The position numbers and the translations under genes are program-made. Below are positions 11,473 through 21,862 of a stretch of DNA of 21,862 bases, piece by piece. The notes under the pieces are model-generated. The model did no database searches. It was not told the origin of the DNA and was given only the letters and a program-made list of their open reading frames with translations. Origin of the DNA: Rozella allomycis CSF55 (taxonomy: Eukaryota); NCBI GenBank assembly GCA_000442015.1, contig KE561161.1, positions 62,001 through 83,862 on the forward strand. Direction: 5' to 3'. How positions within the stretch are numbered: position 1 is the stretch's first letter; each line of letters starts with the position of its first letter.

Positions 11473-11666
11473 GTTGTGATTTCGAATTTTGCTGGTTTGA
11501 AAAAATAATTTCCGTGCTTCTGTAGCAAAAATAAAACAAAACGTTTTTATTTATTGAATTAAAATAGAGAGCTTTTGAAGTATTAGTTAGTGCAAACACT
11601 GCGCCACTAATGCGATTAATACGATGTTAAAAATTAAGAATAATTTGCAATATAATACCAAATCAT

Positions 11667-13185
11667 TTATTTGCCGAACAGCTTGAGGCCTATTTTAGTA
11701 CTGGTAGAATTTTTATGATCGTTTGAGGTTAATCGAAGCGACTCAAGTTTCTTCCTTCGTTCTTCCAGCTCCATCTTTTGATTCTCCAAATGCTGTTTAA
11801 CTTCCTTGTGTTTAGTAAACAATTCTTCCTCCGTTTTCTTCAATTTTTGTTCTTTTTCCTTGACCTTATCTTCAAGCATTTGGCGTAATTCAGACTCTAA
11901 CTCTTTCAATTTGAGTTCATGATTTGCTGGCCCAACCGATGTATGGTAATGGGATCTTTGATTTTTTCAGTCGTGAAATATTACACATGGTCATTATCAG
12001 ATGAGTTTAATAATTTTTGTGCTCGAAAATTCTCATATAAAACAGTATTGGTGTATTCCTTTAAGTCTTCCATATTTGAACTATCTACACTAAAGAGACA
12101 AAGTACCGAATTAATAATTGTCTTAGTTTAGCAAAATCGTTGTGTTCCTCATTGTCAACTTTTCAAAGTTGACCGAAACCTTTACCTTCGATGACACCCC
12201 ATGGATATTTTCTTCCCCGAACTTTTTTACCGTTAATTTCAAATTCCTGTGTGCTGCCAACTACGGCAAAGGGCATTTTCTCCTTTGATAAAACAAACTC
12301 GGAAGCTTTACAATGAGTTCATGATTTTCTGACATTGTCTCTTCATCATCGTATTGATCGGCAAGTGGTTGATAAATTTGAATGCCGTGATTAGCAATGT
12401 CTTCTTTAATCAATATTTAGAATCCGCAATTTATTACCCGGGCTTTGAATTGAATGATTTCTTCTTCCGTCATTGTGTCAGCCTTTGCAATAACTGGAAT
12501 CAAGTTCGCCCTCTGGTGAAGTCGCTTCATAAACTCAACATCTACAGCGCGTAGACTGAAAATATTCATTTTAATATTTACCTATGGCCAGTTGCGGGAA
12601 TAAAATAAAGCAAGGCATGAACTCTCGTGTCAATAATGTCTTTACGGTTAACCCGGGATTCCTGTTCCAAATATGAGTTGAAACGAGATTCAATACATTC
12701 TAGAATCGGCTTCCAGCTAACTTTGTGGTTAAAAATATATGTACCAATCTTGGTTGTCAATGAAATCGCCAAAGCCAGGCGTGTCGATTATAGTGAGATG
12801 CAATTGAACACCATTTTCAGATATGTCTATTAAAATGGAAAATAAAGAATACTTCCTTGAACTGATTGTATTTCTACAGTTTTAGGGGTTTCATGACTAG
12901 GCTCTTTTTCTTCTTTTGCTGGGTAGATATATGAATTAAACAGAGTATTGACCATAGTTGACTTTCCTAAACCGGATTCCCCTGATAAACATCTCCGAAT
13001 ATCTCTACCAACAACCATCATGGTAAAATTGAAGCCTTTTTTAACAGACTTCCTATGAATTTGATTAGGTAAGTTGGAAAATCCGACATACCCATTCAAA
13101 TGGCGCTTAGTACACTTTTATTGCAGCTATTATTTTTTACCTTCTCGAACTTTGTATCTTCTATTTTATGCTCTACTTCTATCAT
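11667..13185 (-). CDS. CDC3: Septin, Cdc3/SEPT7 group (11 exons)
   Basis: [51 protein letters not shown], and a C-terminal coiled coil [16 protein letters not shown]. Introns 13115-13140, 12982-13008, 12827-12852, 12717-12744, 12556-12581, 12411-12437 (GT-TG), 12283-12311, 12159-12185, 12081-12106, 11956-11984. Confidence 0.92.
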
Positions 13186-13621
13186 GGCGGAGTTGGTGTT
13201 GTTAATTAAATTTAGTAAATAAATGATTACAATTTGAGAATGCAGCCCATAAAAACTAGTTTCACAACTTTCGTTGGCGAACTCTTAACATTAATAGAGG
13301 AGTTTACCGAAATATTTATTGGCCATACTAAAATGACTTTTTAATAGAGACACATGTGTGCATATCCAATTTCATAATCATTAAACCTCCTCAGAATTAT
13401 TTAATTATTCTGTATTATATTAATTTTATACACAGGTAACTGTTTATCTTCATTCTAATCTTCCGATAACTTCTGTCCTGAGGGCTGAAAGTCAATTATC
13501 CATTGGAACGTACACCGCTTTCAAGGACTTGAACTGAAGTTTTTTAAAATATTAAAAAAAGCAATCCAAAAAGGCGTGCCTTGAATATTTCGTAATTGTA
13601 AAACCAAAATATTATAAACCA

Positions 13622-15124
<1,503 letters not shown>

Positions 15125-15158
15125 TTAATAAATCTTTTTCATACATTTAATGGCTTGA

Positions 15159-15725
15159 TTAGGCTTGGCAAAATGTTTTCGACAGCCACCTTCTATAATT
15201 TAGTTCCTTGTAGTAATCATAAACTATATGTATAAAGTACACTTTAACAATACAAGTAAGTATTGAAATTAAAAGAAGAGTACCTTGGAGGACGCTTATG
15301 TCTATTCCTACTAATGTTAGCAATGTAAAGTAAGCAAGTAAAGATGTCAATATGTCAAGTCCGTAAGCTCCTAAAATACCAGCAAAGACATTTAATATTG
15401 ATTTTCGAAGACAATAATAGCCTATGAAATATACGAACGCATAGATACATTGTAAAACGGCTAGTGAAATTACCCATATGTTTTTGTAGTCCATAAAACA
15501 AATGCAGAGGCTGGCATTCAATGTGGATATTAAAAAGTTTATAAGAGAAACCACTAACACTGCAGATTTGATTTTTAGGCACCCAAAAAATGTATAATAA
15601 TCAATTTCTTTTTGATCAAGTTTTGGTGGTGAATATGGCGATTTAAAAGGTTCCAATTCCTTAATTTTTGAATTTCTTGTTGCTATTGGAGGGGGCTTTT
15701 TGATTTCTTTGAAAAGTTGTTGCAT
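15159..15725 (-). CDS. Hypothetical multi-pass membrane protein (about 4 TM segments)
   Basis: 188-aa uninterrupted ORF with a Pro/Lys-rich N-terminus followed by four hydrophobic stretches. Confidence 0.7.
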   Translation of the reverse strand: MQQLFKEIKKPPPIATRNSKIKELEPFKSPYSPPKLDQKEIDYYTFFGCLKIKSAVLVVSLINFLISTLNASLCICFMDYKNIWVISLAVLQCIYAFVYFIGYYCLRKSILNVFAGILGAYGLDILTSLLAYFTLLTLVGIDISVLQGTLLLISILTCIVKVYFIHIVYDYYKELNYRRWLSKTFCQA

Positions 15726-15902
15726 CAGATTTTAAGGGGTATTCTGAATCTTGGAGATTTATTTATAATTAGATCAAGTTCTTATTTTTAAAATTAAGTT
15801 TAAATAATTTAGTACAAGCACATCAGAATGAAAATATACGTAAAATGTAAATATTGTAGTTTGCGTAGAGGAGCAGGATTGTGCTGTTGTGAATGAAAAG
15901 TA

Positions 15903-15932
15903 ACAAGTCTCGCAGTGCTCGTTAAATCGGAC
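15903..15932 (-). repeat. Dispersed ~30-bp repeat, copy 2 (inverted relative to 4464-4492)
   Basis: Minus strand reads GTCCGATTTAACGAGCACTGCGAGACTTGT; 17-nt exact core shared with copy 1. Confidence 0.7.
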
Positions 15933-16526
15933 ATAAAAATAGAATTTGTTCTGGAGTTTTTGTTGTAGCTTGAATAATAGCTTCTGAGATGTTTTCTTGT
16001 AAGTACCGTAACATGTCTGGAAATATATGGGAGTTTATAATTATCAATAATTTTTTTCACACACAGCAACTGTTTTATTTTTTGACATTATATCTATATT
16101 CAAAACAATCGGGAATTCATTTACCGCTTTCTTCTATCGCCCGTGACCTTCACATTTACCGTTTTCAGTTTCCTCTTGCGAATCCCGAATCTCCATTATT
16201 TTGTTCTGATAAATAAATGTCTATAAATTTTATCTATTAATATAATTGTTTAATCGATTGGATACTTTTTAAGATAAGGAGTCTCAAAACTAAGTGTAAC
16301 AAGCGATTCTCAAGTCCTAAAACGCTAACAAAGTAGATAAAACAACAATTATTTTACTTTAATTTAATTGCAAATAGACACAAATGTGCCATATTAATGA
16401 GCAATCCAACATACCGCTTCCAAAACTTCCGCCACCTATATCTCAACAACTATCTTTACTATATATTGAATGTTCTGAGTTCATAGGCCAAATTGGGGAG
16501 GATACGGAAGCAAAAAATGGTTACAG

Positions 16527-16538
16527 ACACACACACAC
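16527..16538. repeat. (AC)6 microsatellite
   Basis: acacacacacac read directly. Confidence 0.6.
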
Positions 16539-16715
16539 CACACGACAACACGTTGTAAATCCCTTAAAGTGAGTGTATATTCGAAATGAAAATGGCATTA
16601 AACATTTACTCAACTTGCCAATAATCGTTTCTGAAGTCCGGGTCGTAAACTCCCCGTCCGATAATATATTCACAATAAATCAATATTGAACTTTTATTTC
16701 GCTTAATTTCATCAC

Positions 16716-17632
16716 TCATGCATAAATTTCTAGCATTTCGTTTTCAATTTCGTGGATGTCACTTGGGATAATTAAAGAGTGCAAAGGACCTCCTAAAACT
16801 TCTTTGTGATTTAAGAACTCATTGATGCTTGCAAATTTTATACATTGTTCATCAGAACCTGCCTTGGAAATTCCGATCACTTTTCGATTTTTGGATATTA
16901 CTAATTAGTTAAACTTTTTACGTATTACAGTCTTCTTTTCTTTGTTTTTCAACATATAAAATTTGCTCAAGTGCCTGCCATACCGTCATGAAACGAGGTG
17001 GTTCATATATCTTCTTTCCTCTTTATTTTTATAATTCATTCAGGTACTTTAACAAATTCTCTTCACTTTGTTCTTTGACTTTTATGTCCAACAAGCAAAG
17101 GGTGTGTAATCCCAGGGATAAATTAGCCTTTATTTTATCATAAAAACTATCAGGTTTCCAACTTTCTGTAAAGAAAGGAATTGAAACCGTTTGACCAAAT
17201 CTGTAAAGTTGAAGCCCACAAACTCCAACAACGTTCATGATTGAAGCATTGTGTATAATCTTATAATTTATCCCGTCTTTTATCGCTCTAAGGACAAAGT
17301 CAGTATGGGTTGTTGCCCTAAGTCAAAGTTTATAGTTGTCTATTACCCAAACGGATCACCTACGACTAAAAATGCTACATTTTCAGTTTTTGCAGAGAGT
17401 ATAATTTCATCAGAAAAAGATTCCACACATTCTCTATCAGCTTCAATGATAGATTTCCCATAAAACGTTTCCTATCCATCACAAACAAAACTTTTACCAG
17501 GCGTTCCTTTGAGACCAGTAATAACGAAGTGTATGATTCTAGATAGACTTTTGAACAAGATTTTATGGCTTCTAGCCCTTTTACACTGATATCTTTTTCG
17601 TCTGCTAACCCTAACCCGATGATGAAAAGCAT
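16716..17632 (-). CDS. DPH5: Diphthine methyl ester synthase
   Basis: [87 protein letters not shown]. Introns 17472-17497, 17318-17346, 17021-17047, 16901-16928. Confidence 0.96.
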
Positions 17633-17662
17633 CAAAAGACAAGCCACGCATTTTTGTACTGT
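17633..17662. promoter_or_regulatory. 30-nt spacer between divergent start codons (bidirectional promoter region)
   Basis: DPH5 ATG at 17632 (-) and SR-beta ATG at 17663 (+). Confidence 0.55.
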
Positions 17663-18446
17663 ATGACATTACCCTACATTGTTGGAGCTACTTTCGTCAT
17701 ATTAATATTTATGTCTCTACGTATAGTACTTTCATTCATATTAATGTAGTGTTTGTTGCGCGTGTCACCAAAAAGAACGTTTTGACATTTGAAGAAAGAT
17801 CTAAAATTCTTATAATCGGTGGGATTAAAAGTGGAAAAACGAACCTCTTTTACTATGTACCTTTTATCAAACCATATAATTTAGCTGAAAACTGGCCAGT
17901 TCTACAACACAAGCAAATCATTAAATGCAAATATTGAAGATGCTTTTATGGACATACCATATCATGACATTGAAAATATATCAAAATATTGCAATCTGGC
18001 AAAAGGAATCATCTATGTTGTTGATAGCTCAACATTTAAAGATTCCTTTAAAGAAACAACAAAGTAGATTATATTTTATACCATGTTAGGATCATATATG
18101 ATATATTGTGCAAAACTAAGGATATCCCTTTTATACTCCTAAATAACAAAATTGATCTACCTAACTCATTAGGGTTGGATCAATTCAAATATATTCTACA
18201 AAAAGAATTGTAAATACATGAAGTACTCTAAATATTAGAAATTTTTGCCACTCTTTGAAAACTATGGACGATAGTTGTCAGCATGAGTTATTAGAGACTA
18301 ATGACACCGACGCCCTTGAACTAAATAAGTTATGCGGTCATGATGACTTGATAATTAGTGATTCTAGTATCAAATTTCATAATCTGGGTAGTCTTCCTGA
18401 ATGGTTAAAGGGATTTGATTTTGACGTGAAAAATAAAGATATTTGA
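17663..18446 (+). CDS. SRP102: Signal recognition particle receptor beta subunit (divergent)
   Basis: N-terminal TM anchor, P-loop [31 protein letters not shown]. Introns 17721-17749, 17857-17884, 18064-18089, 18210-18238. Confidence 0.75.
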
Positions 18447-18513
18447 TTGGAGTATTTTTCTCTTTTTGCATCATTTTTTAAATCAAAGGTAAACCAAACT
18501 GATAAACTCTTCG

Positions 18514-20286
18514 ATGAAGTTTAATTTCGAAGATATAAGATCCGATGCCGGTTATGTTTTCTTGAAACCTCTGACAATGGGGAAATTGCCATTTGTATTG
18601 TTTATTGACGTTGATTACTTTCCGATACGCTATATTAGTATGAGTGTATTTTTCATAACACAGCTAAAAATGAATTGAATAACTTTTTTGAAGGCATCAA
18701 AGCGCTTTCGAAAGATCGCGAGTTATTTGACTTTATTATGACTTCAGAATATGAAATGTTAAGCTTAAATCAGATGTGGGATGCCTTCCACTGTAGGAAA
18801 ATCAAAGGGGAAGTTACATCTATATTTGAGAGTAATTATACATAAATCTACTAGTCAGAAAGAATAAATGAGTGTTGTAAGTGGGTAGAAAATCTGATGG
18901 TTATTGTAATCTCGGACAGGATTGTCATCAAGGACCTGCACAAAGAAATTAGCATTATATGGATTTGCTCTTCGGCAAATGAAAATCCAATTGGCGATTT
19001 TAAGATAGAAACATCAATGTTTCTAAGAAATTGTGGGTTAGGCAGGCTTATTCCTGATATCAAATACAACGAGCGATTTCAAAAAATATTAAAGCTGATA
19101 CTTATGGAAAAGTTATTGGATAAATTACACGACAGAAAATGGAACAAAGTCGTTAATTTTATCAGTAAATTTATTGGCCTATGTATTTAAGGTCAAAACT
19201 TTAAGGCTTTCTTAAAAGTGAATCCTTTAGACTGGCTAACTGATTCAATATCTTCAGAATTTTTAATTACTAGGGATGGTAAAATTGAACGGGGGCCGAA
19301 AATCCCCACGGAAATAACAAAGGTCTACCAAATATTGTGTGCAGCATTTTTTGATATTGGAATAACCGTTACAAAACTAGTTGAGCTTATAGAAGCGAAT
19401 TTAAATGTCTTTAAAGGTGTTGGTTTAAAGGATAAAGATGACATCGTCAACTTTCTGATTGAATGTCGATTAGTTAAGGACAGGAATGGGGTTTTAAATA
19501 GTTCCATTTTTCATGGGACAATAAAGGACCCAATTGCGAAAAGAATAGATGACAGTGATCTTGAATTAGTATTGTTGAGGTTTAGGAAAGTTCTCATAAG
19601 ACACATGGAGTTTCATATTGATGCTACAATAAGAGTAACAAGTGTAAATCTAATTTACACTTAGGTAGAAAAATTATTTGGCATTTTGTCAAATCTAATT
19701 GATGATGGTATCCTTCTTAATTCGCATGCATAATACAGGCATAATACCTGCTTATTCTAGAAATCTGTTTGTTGAGACATTGGAGCAAAAGGGATTTATC
19801 AAAAGTAGAGGTGGAAAACTAATTTCTTTGACTGAGTCCTTTTTGTCTAAGTATGAAGGTAATTATCTTTATCGCCAATAATATGTGGTGCCTAGCATGG
19901 CAAACACTACTTCACAAAATTCATTAGATGGCGAAGAACAAAAGGCTGGTGAAAATGTTGCAAAAAAGAAAACCAATTTCAAATCGATTAAAGAAAATCA
20001 AGTTGCTCCAAAAACAAAAGCAGAATCTAATTGTAACGTCGTGGTGAAAGATGTGATTGATGATGTTCCCGTCAAGAATATTCTGGATGATGTGTCCATT
20101 AAGAAGATTCTCGCGACATTGAAGTTTATGAAATTTTTTCATAAGAAGACAAGTTTTACATTTGATGAAGTCAAGAAACGTTATCTAAAAATGTTTAGTG
20201 GTTCCGAAAACGACGCCAATTCCAAATTTGACATGGCAGCTAGGCAAAAGATAATAACTGTAGTAGATAATAAAATAATCGTTTAA
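18514..20286 (+). CDS. Multi-exon hypothetical protein, possibly degenerate NYN-like domain plus winged-helix repeats
   Basis: Introns 18638-18663, 18832-18858, 19165-19191, 19635-19664, 19708-19738 and 19859-19885 (GT-TG; alternatively GT-AG 19851-19895) join ORFs 18897, 19218, 19699 and 19885 into one frame. The domain call is tentative. Confidence 0.65.
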
Positions 20287-20354
20287 GTATTAAATATCTC
20301 CAGTTTATATTGGCAAAATTATGTAATAATGTTATCATAAAAATAGAGCTTTTG

Positions 20355-20717
20355 TCATGAACTCCAGAAATATACATTTGCGACAACGACAAATAACATT
20401 AAAATCAATGATTGAAAAATGATAAACTTTTTGAATTTAGGCTCTAATTCCCCCTGTTTAAACCACTTAAGTAAAACAAATATTGAACCTCCATAGCAGG
20501 ATATGGCAAGAGCAAATATTACATGAAGACCATTGGAATATATACCTCGAATAGTTGCAATTATGACAGTTAGGGCTAGAGAAAACCCGACAAAAGAAAT
20601 CGTTGAATTCTGAAATATTTTATCCTAAATCAAGACAATTTCCTAAAATACTTGAATTGGTTGAAATGAGAAAAGCGGCTGCTCTTCTATAGTAGACCTG
20701 TTTGATTCTGTTGCCAT
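20355..20717 (-). CDS. TMEM243: TMEM243 (C7orf23)-like small membrane protein
   Basis: 27-nt intron 20625-20651. EQPLF..QDKI..KWFKQGELEPKFKKFI..ANVYFW parallels animal TMEM243 RPLF..KDRI..WYRQGDLEPKFRKLI..ANLYF. Absent from the ORF track. An in-frame upstream ATG lies at 20756. Confidence 0.8.
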
Positions 20718-21145
20718 ATGCAATCTTAATCTATATTTGCTAAATTTCCTTGTCATATAATCTAAATTTGGCTTCTAAAAATATCCAAGTTTGTGATGTA
20801 AAAAATATGATTGCATGAAGATAACAGTCATTTCATGCGGGAGATACATCCTTACAATAGAACTAGACTACAAAAACACTTTATGCAGTTGAATCATATT
20901 CCAACGGATCTTCTATTGAAGAATTATTTTAAACCTCTCTAATTAATCTTTTGGTAATTTAAGCAACTAAAGACCCAGAGAATGGATCTTTACATCAGTG
21001 TCGCAGGAAAAAGCGGTTCCTGATGTTTGCACACATGTGACATTTTAGCTTTTTAGGCCAAGGGCCTCTTCTTTCTAATAATGATTTGATAAAATATATG
21101 AGATATGATAAAATCAACTAAATTCAATAACGTTTGCCTCTCCAT

Positions 21146-21742
21146 TTATTGATGGGTTACCGTAAACAAGTCAATGTGGGAGTTCTTTGTCAGATCTGCA
21201 TCAGAAGAAAAATATTTCATAATCTTAAAGTCGTCATTAATATCAATAGGTGTGAATTCTTTCGAATTTCTAATATTTGAGTTGGCTCCTCTGGCTAGAA
21301 GGATTTTCACAACTTCGCCTGCACCATAGAGGGTAGCCAAATGCAATGCCTATATTTAGATTCCATTTATCGTACCTATGTTTTCGACATCAATATTTTA
21401 CTGTATTATTTCCACCAAAAGTAATGTCTAAATCGTCAGTGAATGATTTATCAATGATTTCTTTGGCTAGGTCATCCTGTCCCCATATAATTGCAGCGTG
21501 TAGGCCTGTGACTGAGCCTATGTACGCCCCAAGAAATTTATAAGCATCAAGTTCTATTTCGCCTTCATATTTGAAATCATTATGTCTGTATTTTATTTTC
21601 GCTAAATCTGGATGCTCAGTCAACATCCCCCTTACAATATCAGTCTGACCATTCTTAATTGCTTTAAAGTAATTCTTTGATTGAAATAGGGTTAAATTAC
21701 CTCAATTATCGAGAACGGTAACGATTTGGCGGGAGCTGACAT
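21146..21742 (-). CDS. Ankyrin-repeat protein
   Basis: FKAIKNGQTDIVRGML, TGLHAAIIWGQDDLAKEII, NT|ALHLATLYGAGEVVKILLARGAN, FTPID. Introns 21675-21700 and 21350-21401 (two abutting 26-nt units). Confidence 0.85.
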
Positions 21743-21862
21743 CTCGATGTTAAAATGTTTACAAAATATCTAATATTTTATCTTTCGTTTGACAATTTAT
21801 TTCAATCCGAATCACTAATCACTAAGTACACGAAGGAGAAACTCCTCATTTATAAATATATC

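Noticed and set aside
17605-17617. Telomere-like GGGTTAGGGTTAG
   Set aside because: Only two units, and they encode the conserved GLGL motif of DPH5.

Overview
AT-rich, extremely gene-dense eukaryotic (fungal-like) genomic DNA, not prokaryotic. The fragmented ORF track is explained by about 59 hand-mapped spliceosomal introns, all 26-31 nt long. Genes recovered: a 5'-truncated hypothetical, a TRAPP Trs65-like subunit, mitochondrial GrpE, the 3' end of Cyc8/Ssn6 (cut at an assembly N), a signal-peptide-bearing divergent kinase, SAH hydrolase, a LIM-binding-domain-like protein, a PHD-MYST acetyltransferase, a Cdc3-type septin, mitochondrial thiolase, a membrane protein, DPH5, SRP receptor beta, a multi-exon hypothetical, a TMEM243 homologue and an ankyrin protein. 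The style fits an early-diverging fungus or relative such as Rozella (inference, not verified). The main discovery is an apparent length-ruler splicing system. No intron is shorter than 26 nt, and AGs closer than 26 nt to the donor are skipped. When no AG falls in the 26-31 nt window the intron appears to end in TG (three required GT-TG introns, one likely, one candidate). The only longer intron (52 nt) is two abutting 26-nt introns joined at AG|GT with a zero-length exon. All splice models are predicted from reading frame and protein homology only; no transcript data were available.
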